A stretch of 52,136 nt of DNA from Chloroflexota bacterium (GTDB taxonomy: Bacteria > Chloroflexota > UBA11872 > UBA12225 > JAJDUF01): assembly GCA_022824545.1 (NCBI GenBank), contig JAJDZR010000271.1:1-52136 (forward strand), read 5' to 3'. The position numbers were made by a program, and so were the translations under genes. A model generated the notes under the pieces. It was not told where the DNA came from, ran no database searches, and worked only from the letters and a program-made list of their open reading frames with translations. Positions 16,262 to 25,373 of the stretch are shown piece after piece; position 1 is the stretch's first letter; every line of letters begins with the position of its first letter.

Positions 16262-17284
16262 TCAACCTGGTCCGGAGAGCCAGGTGCCGGCGCAGATTTG
16301 GGCGGCCGTGCGGATGGCTTCGATGGTGCTCGTGGGGTCGGCGATCCCCTGGCCGGCGATGTCGAAGGCGGTGCCGTGATCCACGGACGTGCGGACAATC
16401 GGTAAGCCCAGCGCGACGCTGACACTCTCCTCGAAGCCGTGAACCTTCACCGGGATGTGGCCCTGATCGTGGAACATTGCCACTACCGCGTCGAACTCAC
16501 CCCGCATGGCCCGCACGAACACCGAATCGGCCGGGAGTGGCCCCGTCGCCGCGATTCCGGCGGCGCGAGCCGCTTCAACCGCCGGACCGATCTCCTCGAT
16601 TTCCTCGCGGCCCAGGTGGCCGCCCTCGCCGCCATGGGGGTTGATGGCCGAGACGGCGATGCGCGGCCGCGCCAGGCCCCAGGAACGGAAGTGGTGATCG
16701 GTCAGTTGGATGCGGCTCAGGACGCGCTCGCGCGTGATGCGGTCGAGGGCCTCGCGCAGGGAGTAGTGCGTGGAGAGATGGACGGTGCGGAGCTTACCGC
16801 TGACGAGCATGGTGGCCTGTTCCGGCGCATCGAGCACGCGGCCGAATAGCTCCATATGGCCCATATCCTTGTAGCCGGCAAGCTGAGTGGCCTCTTTGTT
16901 GATCGGCGCCGTCACTATCCCCGCCACCTCACCAGCGCGCGCCAAGTCCAGCGCCCGTAGGACGTAGGCCATCGCCGCCGCGCCCGCCTCGGCGGATAGC
17001 TCACCCGCTCGGACGTTCGAGGAGACATTGGCGAGATCAACCACATCGAGGACCCCGGGACCGTAGACAACGTCGCTCGGCTCATTCACCGAGCGCACCA
17101 CCAGCCTACTAGCGGCATCCAGGCTATGGACGACCTGCTCCAGGCAGTGAGCATCGCCGACCACCAGGGGACGACACCACTCGTGAAGCGGCGCGGTCAT
17201 GAATGCCTTGGCAAGCACCTCCGGCCCAATGCCGGCCGGATCGCCCATCGTACACGCCAACAGTGGCCGGTTGCTGCTTCCCAT
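16262..17284 (-). CDS. pdxA: 4-hydroxythreonine-4-phosphate dehydrogenase
   Basis: TMGDPAGIGPEV, VHLSTHYSL and TSVDHGTAFDIAGQGIADP are PdxA signatures. Confidence 0.9.
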   Translation of the reverse strand: MGSSNRPLLACTMGDPAGIGPEVLAKAFMTAPLHEWCRPLVVGDAHCLEQVVHSLDAASRLVVRSVNEPSDVVYGPGVLDVVDLANVSSNVRAGELSAEAGAAAMAYVLRALDLARAGEVAGIVTAPINKEATQLAGYKDMGHMELFGRVLDAPEQATMLVSGKLRTVHLSTHYSLREALDRITRERVLSRIQLTDHHFRSWGLARPRIAVSAINPHGGEGGHLGREEIEEIGPAVEAARAAGIAATGPLPADSVFVRAMRGEFDAVVAMFHDQGHIPVKVHGFEESVSVALGLPIVRTSVDHGTAFDIAGQGIADPTSTIEAIRTAAQICAGTWLSGPG

Positions 17285-17374
17285 TGCGCTGGAGTCTCCT
17301 CTGACTGCTTGTTCTGCGCGGCATTGGATTCTATCGGATGATGCCGAGGGGTCACTTCTGCACCGTGCGCTGGG

Positions 17375-18580
17375 CTAGGGTAGAGAAGGATGCGCGACTA
17401 GGCTTTGGATCAGGTCTAGGGTGCGCCGTGTGGCGTCCGGTGCTCCCAGACGGGCGGCATTCTGCCCCATTTCCCAGCAGAGGTCCGGCTGTTGGAGCAG
17501 GAGGGCTACGGCATCGGCCGCCTCCTGAGGGCTGGGGGCAAAGAACCCGGCCTGCCCTTGCACCACGTAGGGGATATTGCCGCCTTCTTGCCCCCCGGCC
17601 GGCCGGCTCAGGACCAAGGGCCGCCCCACGGCGAGCGCCTCGCTGACCGTCACCGAGCCGGGTTTCGTGGCGATGATGTCTGCGGCAGTCATTAGGTCGG
17701 CCGTAGACGGCACGTATCCATAGACCCGCACCGGGAGCGGCCAGGCGACCCCTTCCAGTGCGTTCCGAGAGCGCACGTTGCTGCCGGTGACGACCGCGAT
17801 CTGAAACACGTGGCCTTGTCGCGCCAGCGCGGCCACCGCTCGCACCCGCTTGACCAAGCTGCCGGCGCCGGCACCGCCGCCCATGAACAGGACGAGTGGT
17901 AACTCCGGGTCGAGGTCGAGCCGCTGGCGCAGCTCCGTCTGACTGGCCGGTTTGGTCTCGTCGCTTTCCGTAAGATCGTGTGAGTCTGGTGGTGTTGTCG
18001 GCACATGGCGGCGGCCGTATTCGGGGCGCAGGGGGATGCCGAGGCGGACGATCCGCTGCGGTGCAACGCCATAGCGCATGAGCGTGGCCGCGGCGGTCTC
18101 CGAGCCGGCGACATAGTGATCCACCCCGCCGGCTACCCAGACGCGATGTACGTCAACGAGGTCCGTCACGACGGTCACGATAGGCTTGTCGGCGAGGAAC
18201 GACGACTGCCGCCGGGCCGCAACGGCCGCGCGGACCATGAGCGGATGGACCGAAACCATCACGTCCGGCGGCTGCACTTCCGCGGCGGCCATGACCCGGC
18301 GGACCAAGGATTGACCGGCCAAGGCATGGTAGATCAGTGGGCATAGTGGACTATTGGTGGCTGCATAGATCGCCGACCACAGCCACGGCACATGGACGAT
18401 GGTCGGCTCGTAGAGATGAGCGAGGTGGTCCGTCCAGCGCGGCTTGGCGGGAGCAAGCACATCGAGCACATCCATGGCGAACCGCCCCGGCCTGGCTTTG
18501 GCAGCCTCGGCCAGGGCCTCGCCCACTACGACGTGCCCGGCTCCTGTCCGGGCTGCCGTCAAGAGCAGCACACGTGTCAC
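17375..18580 (-). CDS. Glycosyltransferase, MGDG synthase/UgtP-like (GT28 family)
   Basis: N-terminal LLLTAARTGAGHVVVGEALAEA, C-terminal ATKPGSVTVSEALAVGRPLV. GTG start. Confidence 0.8.
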   Translation of the reverse strand: MTRVLLLTAARTGAGHVVVGEALAEAAKARPGRFAMDVLDVLAPAKPRWTDHLAHLYEPTIVHVPWLWSAIYAATNSPLCPLIYHALAGQSLVRRVMAAAEVQPPDVMVSVHPLMVRAAVAARRQSSFLADKPIVTVVTDLVDVHRVWVAGGVDHYVAGSETAAATLMRYGVAPQRIVRLGIPLRPEYGRRHVPTTPPDSHDLTESDETKPASQTELRQRLDLDPELPLVLFMGGGAGAGSLVKRVRAVAALARQGHVFQIAVVTGSNVRSRNALEGVAWPLPVRVYGYVPSTADLMTAADIIATKPGSVTVSEALAVGRPLVLSRPAGGQEGGNIPYVVQGQAGFFAPSPQEAADAVALLLQQPDLCWEMGQNAARLGAPDATRRTLDLIQSLVAHPSLP

Positions 18581-18585
18581 CGGTA

Positions 18586-19875
18586 TCAGCCCGATTCTGC
18601 CTTGCCGGCGCCGACCAGTTCAGGCGCTGCGCCGTTGGGCGCCATCGTCGGCGCCGGCTCTTCCTGTACCGGCAGGTCTTGGCCCAGTTCGGTTTCCTCC
18701 TCGGTGCCCGGACGGAGATGTCCCACTGCGGCCTCGATCTCCGGGATGCTCGCCTCCAGCGCCTGGACGACATCGAAGTCGAGCGCCTGGCCGGCATCCT
18801 GCTTGATGATGGCGAGCGCCCGCTCGATAGAGAAGGACGGCTTGTAGTAGCGCTTCATGCGTAGGGCATCGTACACGTCGGCGACGGCCAAAATGCGGCC
18901 ACCCAGCGTCAGGTCGGCATCGTGGAGACCGTCGGGGTAGCCCTTCCCGTCCAGCCGCTCGTGGTGCTGCCCAGCGATCACCGGGATGTCCTCAAAGCCA
19001 CGCAGAAACTTGATATTGGCTAGGATGTCGCGCGTGAAGCGCGGATGCGCCTTCAACTGTTCCCATTCTGCTTCCGTGGGCCGCCCGGCCTTGGTGAGCA
19101 CGGCATCGGGGACGCCGATCTTACCGTAGTCGTGCAGCAGCCCGGCCAAGCGGATACACTCGACATAATCGCCCTCCAGGCCCAACTTCCGCGCCAGGAT
19201 TTCCGCTGAAGCGGCCACGCGCTGTGAATGGCCGCTCGTTTCCCGGTCGCGTGCGTCCACGGTACTAGCAAGGGTAGTAACTAAGCTCACAAAAGACTCG
19301 CGCTGCGCCTCGTACAACTGGGCATTCTCCAGGGCAATCGCCGCCGAGGCCGCAATGGCTTTGAGATAGGTCAAGTCCTCGTAGTCGAAAGCGGCGCCGT
19401 TATGCTTGTTGATGACCTGGAACACCCCTAGCCGGTCACCCTGGCTGTTGTCCATGGGCATGAGCAGCATGGAGCGTGTGCGGTAGCCAGTTCTCTGGTC
19501 CCACGTCTTGTCGAATCGAGGGTCCTGGTAGCAATCGGGGATTAGCAGGGTGACACCGGTTTTTGCCACGTGACCAGCCAAGCCGGCGCCGAGGGGCAAG
19601 CGGATTTCCTGAATCTCCAGCTTGGATACGGCGCGTGTCCATAGCTCTTGGCGCTCGTGGTCCACGAGATAGATTGTGGCGCGGTCGGCGGCCAGCGCCT
19701 CGGTAGTCTTCGTGGCAATCAGCGGCAGCAGCACGTCCAGCTTCATTTCCGCCGCAAGCAGGCGAGTGATGTCCAGCGCCCGCTCGAGCCGTACTTGCCG
19801 GCCACGTAGGGCTACGATCTCGGCCGCGAGCCGGTCCCGGCTAGGTAGCCTTTTTGCGTCGGTGCTCTGTGTCAT
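18586..19875 (-). CDS. GAF-domain HD-GYP phosphohydrolase (likely cyclic-di-GMP phosphodiesterase)
   Basis: GAF region, then HSQRVA...LHDYGKIGVP...HHERLDGKGYPDGL (HD-GYP). Confidence 0.85.
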   Translation of the reverse strand: MTQSTDAKRLPSRDRLAAEIVALRGRQVRLERALDITRLLAAEMKLDVLLPLIATKTTEALAADRATIYLVDHERQELWTRAVSKLEIQEIRLPLGAGLAGHVAKTGVTLLIPDCYQDPRFDKTWDQRTGYRTRSMLLMPMDNSQGDRLGVFQVINKHNGAAFDYEDLTYLKAIAASAAIALENAQLYEAQRESFVSLVTTLASTVDARDRETSGHSQRVAASAEILARKLGLEGDYVECIRLAGLLHDYGKIGVPDAVLTKAGRPTEAEWEQLKAHPRFTRDILANIKFLRGFEDIPVIAGQHHERLDGKGYPDGLHDADLTLGGRILAVADVYDALRMKRYYKPSFSIERALAIIKQDAGQALDFDVVQALEASIPEIEAAVGHLRPGTEEETELGQDLPVQEEPAPTMAPNGAAPELVGAGKAESG

Positions 19876-20129
19876 CCCAAGCTGCCCTTACCAATGCCAA
19901 GAGTACCGTGGATTCCGGACAGCCGCGGCGGCTCCGGCAGAACCGCCAGCGGTGACCGCCGCACAGTGTATCGCACCCGGCTAGCGCGCGGATGCACCGG
20001 CCTGAGCACCCGGCATAATGACGGCGCCTCCAACCCTGTGCTATGGTCATTTAATCAGGTAGCATTCCTTTCCCGTATCGTCTTGTGCAGCAGCGAAACG
20101 CTCGCCCTACGCAGGGAAGGTAGACAACC

Positions 20130-20744
20130 GTGGCCGTGCCACACTTCATCCCCATTCAGACTGTACGGCGGCCGGCACAGTCTCCGACACCCACCGCGCC
20201 GCCCGGCCTGGCGCCGGAGCACAATGGCGCTGTAGAGGCGGCCCTGCCAGCGGATGCCACAGTCACCGTGCGACGCGCTCGACTCGGCGATGTGCCGGAG
20301 ATCAAGGCCCTTATTGATTTCTACGCGGCGCAGAACCGGATGCTCTTCCGCGCTCAGGCGGAGCTTTACGAGACGATCCGCGAATACCATGTGGCGATCT
20401 GCGAAGCGGCCGACGGTGCCGCACGAGTAGTGGGTGCCAGCGGACTGCACGTCACGTGGGAAGACTTGGCCGAGATCAGGGGGCTGGCGGTGGCGCCGGG
20501 CGCGGCCGGGCGCGGCGTCGGCACCAAGCTGGTCCGTGCCTGCCTAGCCGAGGCCGTCGAACTGGGATTGCGTCAAGTCTACACGCTCACGCTCGTCCCC
20601 GAGTTCTTCGAGCGGCTCGGCTTCGAGCGTGCCGAGCGCGACTCGTTGCACATCAAGGTGTGGTACGAGTGCTATAAGTGCCCGAAGTTCGCCAACTGCG
20701 ATGAGATCGCGATGATCCGCCCGGTAGGACCGGAGCGGCCATAG
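20130..20744 (+). CDS. GNAT family N-acetyltransferase (N-acetylglutamate synthase-like); start uncertain
   Basis: RGLAVAPGAAGRGVGTKLV acetyl-CoA motif. GTG at 20130 after ggaagg; an internal GTG is possible. Confidence 0.75.
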   Translation: MAVPHFIPIQTVRRPAQSPTPTAPPGLAPEHNGAVEAALPADATVTVRRARLGDVPEIKALIDFYAAQNRMLFRAQAELYETIREYHVAICEAADGAARVVGASGLHVTWEDLAEIRGLAVAPGAAGRGVGTKLVRACLAEAVELGLRQVYTLTLVPEFFERLGFERAERDSLHIKVWYECYKCPKFANCDEIAMIRPVGPERP

Positions 20745-20920
20745 CGTGCCGAACGCACTAGCGGCGCTCGCCCCCGGCTATCTATCCGGCAAGTCCACGC
20801 CTATAGTTCCACAAATCCCCCTTCCCCTGTAAGCCCCGAGGAAGTCGTTGCCGGATAGGGTATGGCGTGCCACGAGCCGCGCCGAGTTGCGTTGCGCCGA
20901 CGTCTCCCTTGACGTCCGAT

Positions 20921-20956
20921 CATATTATTGACATACATATGTATCATATGAATGCA
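20921..20956. promoter_or_regulatory. AT-rich patch with TTGACA and a perfect 12-bp palindrome ATACATATGTAT; possible promoter/operator
   Basis: catattaTTGACatacatatgtatcatatgaatgca stands out in a GC-rich intergenic region 140 nt upstream of the 21095 ORF. On the minus strand it reads TTCATA-N17-AATAAT. Confidence 0.25.
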
Positions 20957-21094
20957 TCTAGCCATGTTGCGGCCTCTCCGCCGTGAACGGTGGTGCAATC
21001 CGGATTCCGGCTCTCGCTGGCGTGACCGGGCGAGTTGGCCGGTGTCCTCGCGGACGCTAGAGGGTGGAGGCACCTCGAGTAACGGGGTCATCGC

Positions 21095-21523
21095 ATGAAT
21101 AGAGAATCCAGAGAGTCGATCTGGAGCGTACCGGCCAGGTGGCAAACGATCTACTTCACCTTGTTCAACGCCTGTTTCATCGCCGGTACGGTTCTGACGA
21201 TCTCGCAGGAGTGCTGCCTGGAGCACTCGCCGGACGGAGTGGTCAAGTCGCTATTGGATATAATTCAGGGCGGCGCGACGGCGGCGATTTTTTCGGCGGC
21301 GACTGCTCTCGTTGTCACGGAGGGTTGGACGATGCTTTCGACGATGCTTTCGACGATGCTCACGCGGAAGACGGAGGAGTATCTTGCCAAGCGATACGAG
21401 CAGGGCCGGGCCGAGGCGTTGGTCGAAGTGGAAGCATGGAACCGCCGCCGCCTGGCAGCAGAGGCTCAGGGCGAGCCATTCGATGAGCCGCTGCCAGCGA
21501 CTACCAAGCAGCCCTCAACGTGA
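21095..21523 (+). CDS. Hypothetical membrane protein containing a 12-nt tandem repeat (MLSTMLSTML)
   Basis: Two hydrophobic helices, then a charged helical tail. No family recognised. Confidence 0.45.
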   Translation: MNRESRESIWSVPARWQTIYFTLFNACFIAGTVLTISQECCLEHSPDGVVKSLLDIIQGGATAAIFSAATALVVTEGWTMLSTMLSTMLTRKTEEYLAKRYEQGRAEALVEVEAWNRRRLAAEAQGEPFDEPLPATTKQPST

Positions 21524-21600
21524 GGCCCGGGTAGTCAGTTACTCTGGTAGGCAATCGTCCTTCGGCGAATTGACTACCACCTTTGGCCGTCCGTTCTCCG

Positions 21601-22356
21601 CTACGCTGCGGTCCAGCCGCCATCTACATAGAGCACCTGGCCGGTGATGAACGCACTCGCCTCCGCGGCGAGGAAGACGGCCATGCCGACGAGGTCCTCC
21701 GGCTGCCCCGGTCGTCCGAGCGGGGTCCGACTGACGACCCACTCCTTGAACGCCGGGTCCTCGAGTAGCGGCGCCGTGAGCGGCGTTTCGATCCAGCCGG
21801 GGGCGATGGCGTTGACCCGAATTGCGTGCTGGCCCCACTCCACCGCGAGCGCCATCGTCAGTTGCCCGACGGCGCCTTTCGTTGCACCGTAGACGGCCCG
21901 CTGCGGCATACCTTGCCGGGTGGTCAGTGAGGCGATGTTGATGATCGAGCCGCCGCGTCCGGCCGCAATCATCGCGCGACCGGCGGCCTGACAGGCGACC
22001 AGCGTGCCGCGCAGGTTGACGTTGACGATCTGCTCGAAGTGTGCGGTCGGTACATCTACCGTTGGCTCGCGGATATTCATGCCGGCGACGTTCGCAACGA
22101 TATCGAGCCGGCCAAGCTCTTGCACGGCCCGGTCTATCAGCGCTGCGACGGCTGCTGAGTCGGCAACGTCCGTCGGAATGGCGAGCGCCTGCCGGCCCTG
22201 TGCCGCAGCGCTCGCGGCCACGTCTGCGAGGGCGCTAGAGGTGCGGCTGGCCAGCACCACGTCCGCGCCCGCCGCGGCGAAGCCCAGCGCCAGCGCCTTG
22301 CCGATACCCCGGCTCGCGCCGGTCACGAGCGCAACTTTGCCATCCAGCTCGAACAT
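21601..22356 (-). CDS. SDR family oxidoreductase (gluconate 5-dehydrogenase/KduD-like)
   Basis: KVALVTGASRGIGKALA, NIASL, YGATKGAV. AGGAG 7 nt before the ATG at 22356. Confidence 0.9.
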   Translation of the reverse strand: MFELDGKVALVTGASRGIGKALALGFAAAGADVVLASRTSSALADVAASAAAQGRQALAIPTDVADSAAVAALIDRAVQELGRLDIVANVAGMNIREPTVDVPTAHFEQIVNVNLRGTLVACQAAGRAMIAAGRGGSIINIASLTTRQGMPQRAVYGATKGAVGQLTMALAVEWGQHAIRVNAIAPGWIETPLTAPLLEDPAFKEWVVSRTPLGRPGQPEDLVGMAVFLAAEASAFITGQVLYVDGGWTAA

Positions 22357-22498
22357 CTCCGTGCTCCTGATGTGTCCGTCATCTGCCATATCCATCCGGC
22401 GACAGCCTGGCAGTATACCCTGGCCGCAGCCGGGTATGATGTAGATGGGCGGTACCGACAGGGCTTATGGCCAGTTGGCCGGCGCGGGAGGTGCATTG

Positions 22499-23953
22499 AT
22501 GGCTGTGCAATACGAAGACCCGGACTGGTGCGAGCAACATCGTCTGCGGCTTGATTACAGCTATGTCATGGAGGCCACGATTGGTACGCCCGTGGGCGTG
22601 AGCCGGCGCGAGCTTGCCGACGCAGCCACGCGGCTGGCGGCGATTGACGCGCGGGTGCGCGGCGAGTACCAGGCCGGAGTCCTCGGCTTCATGGATCTCC
22701 CTACTACCATGACGGCCGATGTGCCGCGCTTGGTCGAGACGGCGGACCGGCTCGCGGCGGCCGGTGACGCGCACGTAGTCCTGGGAATCGGCGGCTCGTA
22801 TTTGGGGGCGCGCGCGCTCTTCGAGGCGCTGGCGCATCCCTACCACAACGAGTTGCCGCGCGAGGAGCGCCAGGGTCGTCCACGCCTCTACTTTGCCGGC
22901 AACGGGATGGACACCGATTCGCTCCGGGGCCTACTGGACCGCCTGCCGATCCGGCCCGGCGCCGATCCGGGCGGTCGCTTTACGCTTAACGTCATCTCCA
23001 AGTCGGGAGAAACGTTGGAAACGGCACTCGCATTTCGGCTCCTGCGACGGCAGGCGGAGCGGGTCTGGGGCGTCGACGCACAGCAGGCTATCGTTGCCAC
23101 GACGGATGCCGCCCGCGGACGGCTGCGCGACTTGGCGACGGCCGCCGGCTATGAGTCTTTCGAGATACCCGACAACGTTGGGGGGCGCTACTCGGTACTG
23201 ACCGCCGTGGGCCTGCTGCCGGCGGCGGTCGTGGGTATTGACATCGCCGAGCTGCTCGCTGGAGCGCGCTACATGGCCGGCCTGTGCGCGGCCAGCGATC
23301 CTTACCTCAATCCGGCCTACCTCCTCGCCATTCTCCATACGCTCATGTACCGGCAGAAGGGCCGCACGATCTCGGTATTCGCGGCGTGGAGTCCCCGTCT
23401 GGAGGCCGTGGGGCTGTGGTACGACCAGCTGCTGGCCGAGAGCCTGGGGAAGGACGGCATTGGTCCGACGCCGCTGACGGTCGTGAACTCGCGGGAGCTA
23501 CACTCGCGCGGGCAGCAGCACCAGGAGGGCGCCCACGATAAGCTGATTACGAACGTGGTCGTGGCCGAGCCGAGCCATGAGCACGTGGTGCTCCCGGAAG
23601 TGCCCGGCGATGGGGATGGCCTGAACTACTTGGCCGGCCGGACGTTGCACGACGGCCAGCAAGCGGCCATTGAGGCAACCGCCTTTGCCTACCGCCGTGC
23701 CGGCCGGCCGACACTCGACATCACGCTGCCTACTGTGCGCCCGTTCACGGTGGGCCAGTTGATCTACCTGCTGGAGTTGACGACCGTGGTCGAGGGCTGG
23801 CTGCTCGGCGTCAATCCGCTCGACCAACCGGGCGTGGAAGCCTACAAGAACTTCATGTTCGGCCTACTGGAACGGCAGGACGCGCCGCAGTTTGCCCGCT
23901 ACCGCGCAGCGCTCACCGCCGCCGGCCCTCGGCCAGACGAGTTCCGGTGGTGA
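22499..23953 (+). CDS. pgi: Glucose-6-phosphate isomerase
   Basis: GIGGSYLGARA, ISKSGETLET, GGRYSVLTAVGL and QLLAESLGK are PGI signatures. SD gggaggtg. Confidence 0.9.
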   Translation: MAVQYEDPDWCEQHRLRLDYSYVMEATIGTPVGVSRRELADAATRLAAIDARVRGEYQAGVLGFMDLPTTMTADVPRLVETADRLAAAGDAHVVLGIGGSYLGARALFEALAHPYHNELPREERQGRPRLYFAGNGMDTDSLRGLLDRLPIRPGADPGGRFTLNVISKSGETLETALAFRLLRRQAERVWGVDAQQAIVATTDAARGRLRDLATAAGYESFEIPDNVGGRYSVLTAVGLLPAAVVGIDIAELLAGARYMAGLCAASDPYLNPAYLLAILHTLMYRQKGRTISVFAAWSPRLEAVGLWYDQLLAESLGKDGIGPTPLTVVNSRELHSRGQQHQEGAHDKLITNVVVAEPSHEHVVLPEVPGDGDGLNYLAGRTLHDGQQAAIEATAFAYRRAGRPTLDITLPTVRPFTVGQLIYLLELTTVVEGWLLGVNPLDQPGVEAYKNFMFGLLERQDAPQFARYRAALTAAGPRPDEFRW

Positions 23954-23970
23954 GCTTCCTTGCCCCCACC

Positions 23971-25302
23971 TCACCCCATCGAGGGCCAGTCAAGCATCAG
24001 GACCTGCACCGCCTCATCCTTCTCAATGCGCGTCGTCTGCCGCGGCACGACGACAAGGCCGTTGGCGCGGTGCATGGAGGTGAGAATGCCCGATCCCTGC
24101 TCGCCGGTCAGGTGCGCTATCCACTCATCTCCGTCACGAGTCACGATGGCGCGCATGTAGTTTTCGCGGCCGCTGCGGTTGGAGATGTGGTGCGCCGCCC
24201 GGGCCCGAATGGCGGTCTTGGCCAAGCGTGTGTGGCCGGCTAGTGTGAGGAGGGCCGGGCGCACCAGAATCTCGAAGCCGACCATCGTCGAGACCGGGTT
24301 GCCCGGTAGCCCGATGAACGGCACGTCGAGCAGCATTCCGAAGGCCACCGGCTTGCCGGGGCGCATGTCAATGGACCAGAACGAGACGTCGCCGTCGTGC
24401 GCCAGGATGTTCTTGACCACGTCGTAGTCACCCATCGAGACGCCGCCGGTGGTCACGATCATGTCTGCACGCTGCCCACGTCGCAGTAGCTCGCGCAGGG
24501 ACTCGACCGTATCGGCGGCGATGCCGAGCATGAGCGGCTCGCCGCCGTACCAACGCACCAGTGCCGCCAGCGAGTAGCTGTTGGCATTGCGAATGAGGCC
24601 GGGGGCGAGCGGCCGGTCAATCTCGACCACCTCGTCGCCGGTGGAGAGAATCGCCACGCGCGGTCGCTGTACCACTGCAACACTGCTCCTGCCCAGGGAA
24701 CCCAGCACACCCACCTCGGCCGGGCGGATCACCGTGCCGCGCGCGAGGATCGTGTCGCCTTGACGCTGATCCTCGCCGGCGTGCCGCACGTTATCGTCGT
24801 ACTTGACCGCCTTGAAGACGCGCACCGCACGCTGCGCGGCAATGGCGGTAGCGGCTTCCGCTGCGCCGTGCCAGCCGCCGAACGCCACACCGTCGGTCAG
24901 CTCGTAGGGCACGATGCTGTCGGCACCGGGGGGGAGCGGTGCGCCGGTCAGGATGCGGTAGCATGTGTTGGCCGCTACCGGCTGCTCGGTAGTAGCGCCG
25001 GCCGGCAGCTCACCTAGCACGGCCAGCATCACCGGGCGATCATCGCGGGCTGCCTGGATGTCGGCAGCCCGTACCGCGTAGCCGTCCATCGCCGAGTTGT
25101 CGAAGGGCGGGACATCGTTGGGCGCTACCACGTCCTCGGCGAGCACCCGGCCCAAGGCGTCCAGTATGGGTACGTGCTCCGACGGGAGGGTCGAGAAGTG
25201 GGCCAGAATACGCTCGCGCGCCTCGTTGACGGTCAGCATCAGGTCGGTTGCCGGGCCGGACGGTGCTGCCGGCGGCGGCGCGTTGCCGGTGGTGCTAATC
25301 AT
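23971..25302 (-). CDS. moeA: Molybdopterin molybdenumtransferase
   Basis: LTVNEARERIL, DNSAMDGYAV, STGDEV, TTGGVSMGDYD, PGKP, LPGNPVS. Start at 25302 chosen for the GAGGA SD. Confidence 0.9.
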   Translation of the reverse strand: MISTTGNAPPPAAPSGPATDLMLTVNEARERILAHFSTLPSEHVPILDALGRVLAEDVVAPNDVPPFDNSAMDGYAVRAADIQAARDDRPVMLAVLGELPAGATTEQPVAANTCYRILTGAPLPPGADSIVPYELTDGVAFGGWHGAAEAATAIAAQRAVRVFKAVKYDDNVRHAGEDQRQGDTILARGTVIRPAEVGVLGSLGRSSVAVVQRPRVAILSTGDEVVEIDRPLAPGLIRNANSYSLAALVRWYGGEPLMLGIAADTVESLRELLRRGQRADMIVTTGGVSMGDYDVVKNILAHDGDVSFWSIDMRPGKPVAFGMLLDVPFIGLPGNPVSTMVGFEILVRPALLTLAGHTRLAKTAIRARAAHHISNRSGRENYMRAIVTRDGDEWIAHLTGEQGSGILTSMHRANGLVVVPRQTTRIEKDEAVQVLMLDWPSMG

Positions 25303-25320
25303 CGCTCTTCCTCGGTCGTG

Positions 25321-25360
25321 GGCCTCACCCCCGGCTCCGCTCCACCATGTGGGGAGAGAC
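25321..25360. repeat. Copy of the CCTCACCCCC-headed GC-rich element
   Basis: ggcctcacccccggctccgctccaccatgtggggagag resembles 2114-2163 (gcgcctcacccccacgcccccgctccacctggtggag). Confidence 0.4.
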
Positions 25361-25373
25361 GACGGCTGTCTCG

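Noticed and set aside
20801-21226. 141-aa minus-strand ORF spanning the AT-rich intergenic region
   Set aside because: Arg-rich low-complexity translation, no SD. It overlaps the start of the plus-strand 21095 gene and crosses the promoter-like AT patch.
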